Shown here piece by piece: positions 10,959 through 21,825 of a stretch of 32,325 bases of DNA. Every line of letters begins with the position of its first letter. Within the stretch, counting starts at the first letter, position 1. The notes under the pieces were generated by a model. That model saw only the letters and a list, made by a program, of their open reading frames with translations, did not search any database and was not told where the DNA came from. The stretch lies in NCBI RefSeq assembly GCF_004010195.1, contig NC_057718.1, positions 22,480,963 to 22,513,287 of the forward strand, written 5' to 3'. This DNA comes from Chiloscyllium plagiosum. Taxonomy: Eukaryota. Both the position numbers and the translations under genes were made by a program.

Positions 10959-12892
10959 ATGATTCCATCAGGGTATTCGAGCAACAGTGTAAAAATTGCC
11001 TCATCGAGTAAGAAAAAGTGCAGGCAGTATAGCATGGACTATTTGCGATATGGCTTTATTCAATCTCCATCTAATAAGCAGTTACCACTGTGCTTGCTCT
11101 GTGAACAAAGTTTTTCCAATGAGGCCATGAAGCCTTCCCACCTTATTAAACATTTGGAAAAGAAACAGTGACAAAAAGGACAAAGATTTGGCATATTTTC
11201 AAACATTAAGGAATAAATTCAATCAGCGACCAACAATTTCCACTGCTTTTTCAAAGATGGGAGCCACAAATGTGGATGGCCTTGTGGCATCATACAACAA
11301 AGCGAAGCTAATTGCAAAATGTGGTAAAACCTCATACCGTGGGTGAATCGTTGGTGCTTCCAGCTATTGCCGAAGTATTATCAACCATGCTACTTAAGGA
11401 ACCATCAATGACTATCGAGCGTATTCCTCTTAGCAACGATTCCGTGAGAAGGCGCATCGATGAAATGCTGAAAATGTGTTGCTGGAAAAGCGCAGCAGGT
11501 CAGGCAGCATCCACGGAGCAGGAGAATCGACGTTTCGGGCATGAGCCCTTCTTCAAGAATGGCTCGATGAAATGGCCTCAAATGTTGAGAATAAATTATG
11601 TTCCCTTTTGATATCGAAAGAAATCACCTTACAAATTGATGAAAGTACTATTTGTGGAAATCAAGCTTTACCTTTGGGGTATGTACATTTCATCGACAAA
11701 AATGAAATATGAGAAGAATTACTTTTTGCTCTGGATCTACTGACAGATACCAAAGATAAGACTATCTTCAACTGCGTCAAGGATTATTTTGCTAAAAAAC
11801 CGTTCCCCTCAAAAACATTGTTGCTTGTGCTACGGATGGCATGCGTGCTATGACTGGCCAACATTGGGGATTTGTCGCATTATTAAAGAGAGAAGTGCCA
11901 CATGTTTTCACAGTACACTACATTATCCATCGGCAGCATCTGGCTGCAAAGAAACATAGTGAAGCCCTCAACCATTCTCTACAAGTGGTGATAGATGTGG
12001 TAAATTAGATAAAGAGACATGCTCTGAATGAATGACTTCTCCGCCAACTCTGTAAAGATAATGAAGATGAATTTCTGCAATTGCTGCGACACACAAAAGT
12101 GAGATGGCTCTCGAAAGGAAAATGCCTCAATCATTTCCATGAACTGTTCGATTCTATCATCGATTTCCTACACAGAAATAATGAAAACCTTTATATGAAA
12201 GCCGAAACTGTAAAACACGACTGTGCATATCTTGCGGATATATTCGAAAAGTGCAATTCACTGATCATACAGATACAAGGAGATAATGTGAGTTTCATAA
12301 AAGCAAGGAATGCTGTTACATCTTTTATTGCGAAATTTGATCTCTTTCATCGGAATATCAGTGGTTGTGAGTTTTACCGGTTCCTGAGTTTAAATAATAT
12401 CGCAGAGAATGTTACTGATGATCAATTAATTATCTACTCAGCTCACATTCGTGCACTGCAGGATGATATGAAAATACGATTTGCTGATCTTATCGAGATG
12501 GAGATCCTGACATGGCTGACTGACCCCTTTATCTCATTCGCCTTCAGGAAGGAATGATAGAGCTCCAAAATGACACCACAATGACGATTCGGTTTTCGCA
12601 AATGGGTGAGCCTCTTTTTTGGATTCAAGATGCCACCCGATGTCATTTCCCGCTATTAAGCGAAGAGGCAAAGCGGTTTGCACGACCATTTCCTACCTCT
12701 TATTTGTTTGAGAAAGGATTCAGTGCTGTTGCAAGAATACAAGATAAGACCCGCAATCACATGGATGTTGTTCAACGTGGTGACCTGAGATTGCTTTTGA
12801 CAAAAATTGAACCAGATGTATATGATTTAGCAAGACATATACATCTGGTGAACCACAAGGATCGCATTGACTATTTTGCTATCACAGACTAA
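10959..12892 (+). pseudogene. hAT (Buster/ZBED5-SCAND3-like) transposase pseudogene
   Basis: BED finger RQYSMDYLRYGF...CLLC...MKPSHLIKHL, then KPHTVGESL, IPLSNDSVRRRIDEM, LQIDEST, CATDG, HTKVRWLSKGKCL and PFPTSYLFEKGFS. Multiple stops and frameshifts plus one insertion. Confidence 0.92.
11468..11563 (-). mobile_element. 96-bp family-B hammerhead-bearing element inserted in the transposase gene
   Basis: Flanked by the exact direct repeat TCGATGAAATG (11457-11467 and 11564-11574). The - strand reads AUUC UUGAAGA A GGGC UCAU GCCC GAAAC GUC GAUUC. Confidence 0.9.
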
Positions 12893-13174
12893 ATTTTATA
12901 CAGTGAGCCAAAAGTAGGTGGACAGTAAGAACAGTAATAAATAACATTTATTTTTTGTTGTATATAAAACAAATTTCACAAAAGTTTTCCATTTTCAGCA
13001 CTGCAGTGTATTGCAGTTATATGGAAAAACAGACTTTGGTGATTTGGGGGCGTTGCATGATTTCAAGGATAAGAAGGGGGCATTGTGTATGGAAAGGTTG
13101 AGAAACACTGGTCTAGAATGTTGCCCAACACAGACCCACTCAGCTTTTCATCGTTGGACAACCCTCACCCCAGG

Positions 13175-13745
13175 ACTAATGTGGTGAACCTTCACTGCTG
13201 CACAAGAATAAGCTTTCTTAAGTATGGAAACCTAAATTGCGTGCAGGATTCCAGGTATAGTTTCACCATCACTATGTACAATTGTAGCAAAACTTATTTA
13301 TTTATGCACTCAAGAGCCCTCACAATAAAGGTCAACACAGCATTTGCTTCTATGAAGTTTCTCTGTCCTTGCATGTTCACTGTTTGTGTCCTTTGGAAAA
13401 TCACAGAAATGTCTCGCTGAATGACATCTACGAGTTTCAAGCTTTTTTAAAATATTAGTTTTTTTCAAAACTCACAACCAGAGTTAACAGTTTCACACTT
13501 ACCAATCTTTTTTCTTGGTCTGTCATCTTGTTGACCATTCATTCACCCCCAGTTTCAAGCTTTTTTAAAATATTAGTTTTTTTCAAAACTCACAACCAGA
13601 GTTAACAGTTTCACACTTACCAATCTTTTTCTTGGTCTGTCATCTTGTTGACCATTCATTCACCCCCATTATGTGTTTTTGTAGCTTCCTTGTGTCTTCC
13701 TCACAGTTTGCGTAGTCAGCAATGCTAGCTACATAACTGTCTTTT
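13175..13745 (-). mobile_element. Old, decayed CR1-type LINE fragment
   Basis: gtggtgaaccttcactgc...aaattgcgtgcaggattccaggtatagtttcacc is the reverse complement of the V.PHLEYC.QFW-coding region. Confidence 0.5.
13433..13667. repeat. Tandem duplication, two copies of 118 and 117 bp
   Basis: 13433-13550 and 13551-13667 are identical except for one T in a homopolymer run. Confidence 0.93.
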
Positions 13746-14802
13746 TGTTAGTCGTCAATGTAGATTTTGTATTTATTTTCCAATCAATGTGTTCAGAGAT
13801 ATTATTACACACCTCTGGAGCAAGTGAGTCTTAAACGTGGACCTCCTGGCTCAGAACAACTACATCACAAGATCCCCCTGTAGGTTTTGCATAGCTGAGA
13901 CCTAGCTCTGATCCTTGTGGCATTCCACTTTAAAGGCCCCATTGATTTCTGCAGTGTGCTTCCTGATTGTTAACCTATCTTATGGGACTGTGGAGGCTTT
14001 ACCTATCCATGCTAATATATCACTTCCAATCCATAAGATCTCATCTTGTGTATTAATCTGTCGTTGGGCACCTTACAAAATCCCTTTTGGAAATATCACA
14101 GAAAGCCATATCAGAATGAATAAGTAAGTAACTGTGGCAGCCTTCTTCTCAAAATGTGAAGAAAAATGTAAAATAACAATTTCGGAATTAACAGACAGAA
14201 TGGAAGCATTGCACATTCTAGTCTGAGATTCTCTCAGGTTTCTTAGTGCTGTTCATATTTTTACAAGGGAAAATGTTGTTCCCTTAAATGCATTTTAAAA
14301 ACATTTTTGATACACAGTATCAAAATTCATATTTTAGCTTCAGAGCGAAGTTTTTGTCATCAGTTTATTGATAAACTGGAAAGGTAATATTGTTATTGTT
14401 AATTTATTTCACCCGTGTTAGCCTCACAATGAATTTGTATGCCATACATGACAAAGAAAAACTGAGTACTTGGGATGAACATTTGGTTTCTTTCAATCTC
14501 TTTTCACTAACCAGCAGGTCAACAGAATCCCTGGAGAAGTGGTGTAAATGAATAAAAGCAGGTGACTACACTGTTTCTGTAGGGATTCTGCCAATATTCA
14601 ACTGAATTGACAATGAACGATTGTGTGAGAAAACCACAAAATTGTCTCCCATTGTGCATTCTGTTCTGTTTCACATTGGACCCTGAATGGACTAAGAAGT
14701 ATGATGCTACAATGAATGTTCTGATGTCTAACAATGTAAATCTAGCCTAGCATTGTGCAAAGTGATCTAACATAATGCTGGTATGACATAGTCATAGTAT
14801 CA

Positions 14803-15240
14803 GAGTCTAGATTAGAGTGGTGCTGGAAAAGCACAGCAGGTCAGGCAGCATCCGAGGAATAGGAAAATCGATGTTTCGGGCTAAAGCCCTTCATCAGGAA
14901 TAGAGGCAGGGTGCCTGCAGAGTGGAGAGATAAATGAGAGAGGGGTGGAAGTGGGGAGAAAGTAGCATAGAGCACAGTAGGCGAATGGGGGTGGGGATGA
15001 AGGTGATAGGTCAGAGAGGAGGGTGGAGTGNNNNNNNNNNNNNNNNNNGCCTATTACTCTATGATACTTTCTCCCCACCCCCCCCCCACCCCCCTGTCAT
15101 TTGTCTCTCCATTCTGCAGGCACCCTGCCTCTAATTCCTGATGAAGGGCTTTTGCCCTCGGATGCTGCCTAACCTGCTGTGCTTTTCCAGCATCACTCTA
15201 ATCTAGACTCTGGTTTCCAGCATCTGGAGTCCTTGTTTTT
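14803..15240. mobile_element. Large fold-back family-B PLE-derived element (assembly gap in its centre)
   Basis: The left arm gagtctagattagagtggtgctggaaaagcacagcagg...gggtgcctgcagagtggagaga is inverted relative to tctctccattctgcaggcaccc...ctctaatctagactc. Flanking direct repeat ACATAGTCATAGTATCA (14786-14802) / ACATAATCATAGTATCA (15241-15257). Confidence 0.88.
14866..14901 (-). ncRNA. Minimal hammerhead ribozyme motif
   Basis: The - strand reads AUUC CUGAUGA A GGGC UUUA GCCC GAAAC AUC GAUU: core intact, stem III palindrome ACGU changed to ACAU. Confidence 0.6.
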
Positions 15241-16289
15241 ACATAATCATAGTATCATCCTTCCCATGCTGTCTCCCCAGTACCTCATAAACAATTTTGC
15301 TGGAACTCGTGCTATTTCTCAGCAGGGTTAATGTTGAGAGTTGATCTGTATCACTGGATTATATCCACTGAGAACTGAACAGATGGCATTTCTTAACTTT
15401 GCTTAACTTTACCCTTTCACCCCCATTAAAGCAAAAGACATTTCAAATTGAGGACTGAAGTGCCGAAAGCATGAACTAACATTTATTACGTGAATTTTTT
15501 GTTTACTGATCCAAGCCCCGATAAGACCAAATATTGTAAATTGAAAAACGTTTATGAGGTGCAGAAAGCTGTTTTACCAAATAAACGTTGCCTTGGCAAC
15601 TGCATAGTCTTCACTTCTGGTACTGAACACTATTTGCATAGATCACAAACGAATAATTAGAGACCGAGAATTTTACCGAATCAAGAAACAGATTTCTAAC
15701 TCCTTCCATAATTAATATCTCCTATATTCCCACAATCACCATAGATTCCATCTTATCACCCCAACATGAAAAGTGATCTTTTTCCAGATCTTCGATGGAA
15801 TGTAAACAAATGTAGCCTTCAGCATATTGTTATTATGAGAGAAGTTTCATGGTTTCCCATTTACAATGCATTAACAGGTTCTGCTAAATCTCATGTTGTG
15901 ATGTCATAAATTTTATGAAAAGCAGGACTTCTCTCTGACGATGCAACTGACTGCAGTTTGAAACTGAATTGACAAAGTATGTCATCATTGCTAAAATGAC
16001 TTTGTGGATTAATTAGGTACAGTACTGTAAACAACTGGAGCTAATGTATTTTTCCACTATTTAGGAAGGTAAAATTTATTCTTCAAATTTTTGCATTCTT
16101 AATTTGTATTTGAAGTCTTAGCGGAGGAATGAATAATTTGGACATTGCCTTGGTTCAATGATAGGGCACTCGCAACTGGGAGGTCAAACTCCACTCTGGA
16201 GATTTCAGCATATAATCTATTTGAGTGCATAATGGTCCTTAAAGCAGTGTTGAGCAAATTCTTCCATTTGGGGAATGATGTCTTTCAGG

Positions 16290-19200
16290 AGAGTTGGGAG
16301 ATTTTCTAGAGCTGGCAGGGAGATTTAAACTTGTAAGGTGGGGGTGGGTTTGGTGGGACCCAGGGAGATAGTGAGGAAAGAGATCAATCTGAGACTGGTA
16401 CAGTTGAGAACAGAAGCGAGTCAAACAGTCAGGGCAGGCAGGGACAAAGCAGAGAACAAGGTAGGACTAATAAATTTATTTCAATGCAAGGGGCCTAACA
16501 GGGAAGGCAGATGAACTCAGGGCATGGTTAGGAACATGGGACTGGGATATCATAGCAATTACAGAAACATGGCTCAGGGATGGGCAGAACTGGCAGCTTA
16601 ATGTTCCAGGATACAAATGCTACAGGAAGGACAGAAAGGGAGGCAAGAGAGGAGGGGAATGGCATTTTTGATAAGGGATAGCATTACAGCTGTACTGAGG
16701 GAGGATATTCCCGGAAATACATCCAGGGAGATTACTTGGGTAGAACTGAGAAATAAGAAAGGAATGATCACCTTATTGGGATTGTATTATAGACCACCTA
16801 ATAGTCAGAGGGAAATTAAGAAACAAATTTGTAAGGATATGTCAGTTATCTGTAAGAATAATAGGGTCGTTTTGGTCGGGGATTTTAACTTTCCAAACAT
16901 AGACTGGGACTGCCGTAGTGTTAAGGGTTTAGATGGAAAGGAACTTGTTAAGTGTGTACAAGAAAATATTTTGATTCAGTATGTCGATGTACCTACTAGA
17001 GAATGTGCAAAACGTGACCTACTCTTGGGAAATAAGGCAGGGCAGGTGACTGAGATATCACTGGGGGTGCACTTTGGGGCCAGCGACCATAATTCTATTA
17101 GTTTTAAAATAGTAATGGAAAAGGGTAGACCAGATCTAAAAGTTGAAGTTCTAAATTGGACAAAGGCCAATTTTGACGGCATGAGGCAAGAAGTTTCGAA
17201 AGCTGATTGGGGGCAGATGTTTGTAGGTAAAAGCTGGAAAATGGGAAACCTTCAGAAATAAGAAAACGAGAATCCAGAGACAGTATATTCCTTTTAGGGT
17301 GAAAGAAAAGGCTGGTAGGTATAGGGAATGCTGCATGACTAAAGAAATTGAAGGTTTGGTTAAGAAAAAGAAGGAAGCATATATAAGGTATAGACAGGAT
17401 AGATCGAGTGAATCCTTAGAAGAGTATAAAGTTATAGACAGTAGGAGTATACTCAAAAGGGAAATCAGGAGGGTAAAAAGGGGACATGAGATAGCTTTGG
17501 CAAATAGAATTAAGGAAAATCCGAAGGGTTTTTACAAATACATTAAGGACAAAAGGGTAACTAGGGAGAGAATAGGGTCCCTCAAAGATCAGCAAGGCGG
17601 CCTATGTGTGGAGCTGCAGGAGATGGGGGAGATACTAAATGAGTATTTTGCATCAATGTTTACTGTGGAAAAGGACATGGAAGATATCGAATGTAGGGAA
17701 ATAGATGTGACATCTTGAAAAACATCCGTATCGCTGAGGAGGAAGTGCTGGATGTCTTGAAATGCATAAAAGTGAATAAAGCCCCAGGACCTGATCAGGT
17801 GTACTTGAATTCTGTGGGAAGCTGAGGAAATGATTGCTGGGCTTCTTACTGAGATATTTGTATCATCAATAGTCACAGGTGAGGTGCCGGAAGACTGGAG
17901 GTTGGCTAACATGGTGCCACTGTTTAAGAAGGGTGGTAAGGACAAGCCAGGAAGCTATAGACCAGTAAGCCTGACGTCGGTGGTGGGCACGTTGTTGGAG
18001 GGAATCCTGAAGGACAAGATGTACATGTATTTGGAAAGGCAAGGACTGATTCGGGATAGTCAACATGGCTTTGTGCGTGGGAAAGTGTGTCTCACAAACT
18101 TGATGGAGTTTTTTGAAGAAGTAACAAAGAGAATTGGTGAGGACAGAGCGGTAGATGTGATCTATATGGACTTCAGTAAGGAGTTCGACAAGGTTTCCCA
18201 TGGGAGACTGGTTAGCAAGGTTAGATCTCATGGAATACAGGGAGAACTAGCCATTTGGATACAGAACTAGCAAAGGTAGAAGACAGAGGATGGTGGTGGA
18301 GGGTTGTTTTTCAGACTGGAGGCCTGTGACCAGTGGAGTGCCACAAGGATCAGTGCTGGGTCCACTAGTTTTCATTATTTATATAAATGATTTGGATGTG
18401 AGTATAAGAGGTATAGTTAGTAAGTTTGAAGATGTAGTGGACAGCGAAGAAGGTTACCGCAGATTACAACGGGATCTTGATCAGATGGGCCAATGGGCCG
18501 AGAGATGGCAGATGGAGTTTAATTTAGATAAATGCAAAGTGCTGCATTTTGGGAAAGCAAATCTTAGCAGGACTTACACACTTAATGATAAGGTCCTCGG
18601 GAGTGTTGCTGAACAAAGAGATCTTGGAGTGCAGGTTCATAGCTCCTTGAAAGTGGAGTCGCAGGTAGATAGGATAGTGAAGAAGGCGTTTGGTAAGCTT
18701 TCCTTTATCGGTCAGAGTATTGAGTACAGAAGTTGGGAGGTCATGTTGCAGCTGTACTGGACATTGGTTAGGCCACTGTTGGAATATTACATGCAGTTCT
18801 GGTCTCCTTCCTATCGGAAAGATGTTGTGAAAGTTGAAAGAGTCAGAAAAGATTTACAATGATGTTGCCAGGGTTGGAGGATTTGAGCTGTAGGGAGAGG
18901 TTGAATAGGCTCGTGCTGTTTTCTCTGGAGCATCGGAGGCTGAGGGGTGATCTTCTAGAGGTTTATAAAATCATAAGTCGCATGGATAGGATAAATAGAT
19001 AAAGTCTTTTCCCTGGGGTGAGGGAGTCCAGAACTAGAGGGCATAGTTGAAGGGTGAGTGGGGAAAGATATAAAAGAGATCTAAGGGGCAACTTTTTCAC
19101 GCAGAGGGTGGGTACATGTATGGAATGAGCTGCCAGAGGAAGTGTTGGAGGCTAATACAATTGCAACATCTAAAAGGCATCTGGATTGGTACATGAATAG

Positions 19201-19332
19201 GAAGTGTTTGGAAGGATATAGGCCAGGTGCTTGCAAGTGGGACTAGGTTGGGTTGGGATGTCTAGTTGACATGGACAAGTTGGACTGAAGGGTCTGTTTC
19301 TGTACTGTACATCTCTATGTCTCTATGACTCC
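16290..19332 (+). mobile_element. CR1 LINE with near-complete but disrupted ORF2 (APE endonuclease plus RT)
   Basis: YFNARGL...DIIAITETWL, YYRPPNS, VGDFNFPNIDW, SDHNSI, KGGKDKPGSYRPVSLTS, SQHGF, DVIYMDFSK, SGVPQGSVLGP, then a 3' tail ctctatgtctctatgactc. Has stops and frameshifts, and the FADD motif is damaged (SKFEDVVD). Confidence 0.95.
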
Positions 19333-20204
19333 AGGAATCGATCTGCACTGTTAAGCAATATTGGAAAAAGAGCAAGAGAGTTCTCTCATCCTTCCTTCAA
19401 CCATTATCATTATTAAAACACAAGAACTGTATTGCAAAAACACTTCATTTGTTGATGACATCTTCCAAACCAATGAATTCTACCACCTGGAAGTACTTGT
19501 GCATTGGAGCACTATCACATCCATGTCCCCCTTCAAGTTGCATGCTATCTTGCCTTGAAACATATTGTTCTTCCCTCATTGTCACTACATCAAAGTCTCG
19601 GCACCCTGGGAGAGCCTTTACCATCTGGACTCTAACGATTCAAGACAGTGGCTCTCCTTCAGCTTCTCAGGTGGCAATCGAAAATGCACAATAAATTAAA
19701 GCATGAATAAAGAACTCTTTTGTGATGTTGCAAAAAGTACTATATAAACAGTTTTCCTTACTTGTGTTTGCTGTACTTTCAGCAAAGGGAAAGTTCTTGA
19801 GCCATCAAAACTCTCTCGAATTGGGGAAGTGGGGCTGTGGTTTGCTAAGATTGGATGCACTACTGCCCTGCAACAGTGAGCTGCCCTCAGTTCGAGTTTT
19901 CTGTTCCAAAGGCATCACTAAGTGTGCATCCTTTTCAGCTGATCAGCATCAGTGGCCTACCTGTTTGGGTAGGGGTTTTTGAAACCAATTTTCTTCTTTT
20001 ATTTTCATTCACTCCTAAAAACATTATTACTTTAAATATCCTTCCCAAGTCATTGTTCTTGGTGAATGAGCTGAGATGGTAAAGCTTTTCATTGCTCACA
20101 CAAGTTCCAGCAGGGGTTTCTGGACAGATCCGTTCACAATGGAAATTCTGGTTGTTAATCCATTTCTCAACACCGCATTGGAAAAATCAATTAGAGGGAC
20201 CCTA

Positions 20205-20965
20205 ATGCATAGAGGGGCCACCAACTCCCCCTTGCCTCCCGGCACCTTCCCCTGCCACCTCAGGAAGTGCAAAACCTGCACCCACACCTCCCTCTCATCT
20301 CTGCCCAAGGCCCCAAAGGGTCCTTCCACATCCGACAGAAATTCACCTGAACTTCCACACGTCATTTACTGCATTTGTTGCACCTGATGTGATCTCCTCT
20401 ACACTGGGAAGACCGGACGCCAACTTGTGGATCATTTCAGTGAACATCTCTGGGACACCTGCACTAACCAACCCCACTGCCCTGTGGCTGAACACTTTAA
20501 CTCCTCCTCCCAGTCCACCAAGGAAGTGCAGGTCCTGGGCCTCCTCCATCACCAAACTCTAACCACCCAACACCTGGAGGAAGAATGCCTCATCTTCCGC
20601 CTTGTGACCCTCCAACCACACGGGATCAATGTGGATTTCACCAGTTTCCCCATTTCCCCTTCCCCCACCTTATTCCAGATCCAATCTTCCAACTTGACAC
20701 AGCTCTCTTGAACCTTCCTACCTGTCCATCTTCCTTTCCACCTATCCGCGCCACCCTCCTCTCCGACCTATCACCCTCTCCCCCAACTTTATCTACCTAT
20801 CCCATTCACAGCTACCTTCTTCCCAGCCCACCCCCATTCCATTTACCTCTCATCCCCCTTGGCCCATAAGCCTCATTCCTGATGAACGGCTATGCCTGAA
20901 TCGTCAATTCTCCTGCTCCTCGGATGTTGCCTGACTGAATGTGCTTTTCCAACATCACATTCTTC
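20205..20965 (+). mobile_element. Penelope-like element 3' portion: Cys-rich linker, GIY-YIG endonuclease remnant, terminal repeat with decayed hammerhead
   Basis: PGTFPCHLRKCKTC...HVIYCICCT*CDLLYTGKTGRQLVDHFSEHL...PVAEHFN...EEECLIFRLVTLQPHGINVDF, then a C-rich tract and cattcCTGATGAacggctatgcctgaatcgtcaattctcctgctcctcggatg (family B sequence). Confidence 0.9.
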
Positions 20966-20979
20966 TGCTGCTACAGTGG

Positions 20980-21400
20980 TTCAAAGTTTGTGAGAAGATT
21001 TGTAGCTCGGGTGCTCGTTGCTGTGGTTCTGTTCGCCGAGCTGGAAGTTTTTGTTGCAAACGTTTCGTCCCCTGGCTAGGTGACATCCTCAGTGCTTGGG
21101 AGCCTCCTGTGAAGCGCTTCTGTGGTGTTTCCTCCAGCATTTATAGTGGCCTGTCCCTGCCGCTCCCGGTTGTCAGTTTCAGCTGTCCGCTGTAGTGGCC
21201 GATATATTGGNNNNNNNNNNNNNNNNNNNNNNNNNNNNNNNNNNNNNNTGGTGGGTTGTTGTCTGAGAGTGGCTGTTGGTTTGTGTGCTGTTATAAGTCC
21301 GAGTGGTCGCAGTAGTCTGGCTGTCATTTCAGAGATGTTCTTGATGTATGGTAGTGTGGCTAGTCCTTTGGGTTGCGGCATGTCCTCGTTCTGTTGCCCT
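20980..21400 (-). mobile_element. Second Penelope-like element remnant (Poseidon-like), interrupted by an N gap
   Basis: - strand KGLATLPYIKNISEMTARLLRPLGLITAHKPTATLRQQ resembles the PLE RT-to-endonuclease linker (LPY..SE..R.L...P..TLR). After the gap come PIYRPL and a terminal repeat with a hammerhead. Confidence 0.82.
21056..21095 (-). ncRNA. Minimal hammerhead ribozyme motif, best-preserved copy
   Basis: The - strand reads GCA CUGAGGA U GUC A CCU AGCC AGG G GAC GAAAC GUU UGC: stem I GCA/UGC, stem II GUC-CCU/AGG-GAC, palindromic ACGU stem III, GUU triplet. Confidence 0.75.
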
Positions 21401-21489
21401 AATGCCCTAATGCAAAGTCAGTCATCAGCCAAAACATTAGAACAAATTGGGGAATAAAAACTGGGAACAAAGCAAAACCTTGCATATTC

Positions 21490-21825
21490 TAGAGATCATT
21501 TAGAATTAGATAACATAACTAGCAGGGTCAGCATGGCTTATGAAGAAGAAATCATGACTGACAAATTTTCTGAGGTAACAAACAAGATAGATAAAGGGGA
21601 AGCCATGGATGTAATATATTTGGATTTCCAAAAGGTGTTTGCTAAGGTACTGCACATAAGGCTACCCAATAATATAAGAGCTGATAAGGTTGGAGATACT
21701 ATATTAACTTGGCTAGAGGGTTGGCTAACTAATAAAAGGCAAAGAGTTGGGATAAGGGGCCATTTTCAGAATGGTAATCTATAACTGTGGAATGCAACAG
21801 GGGTCAGTGCTGGGTCACAAATGTC
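21490..21825 (+). mobile_element. Decayed CR1 RT fragment
   Basis: KIDKGEAMDVIYLDFQKVFAKVLHIRL...WLEGWLTNKRQRVGI, followed by a degraded G.PQGSVLG-like motif. Confidence 0.8.

Larger units (their letters stand above)
10517..13110 (+). mobile_element. Full-length hAT DNA transposon, Buster/Charlie group (inactive)
   Basis: 13-bp TIRs CAGTGTTTCTCAA (10517-10529) and TTGAGAAACACTG (13098-13110). 8-bp TSD GTCTAGAG (10509-10516) / GTCTAGAA (13111-13118) with central TA. Contains transposase remnants. Confidence 0.95.

Noticed and set aside
10959..12892. Domesticated ZBED/SCAND3-like gene
   Set aside because: Multiple stops, frameshifts and an insertion, together with intact TIRs and TSD, indicate a dead transposon copy.
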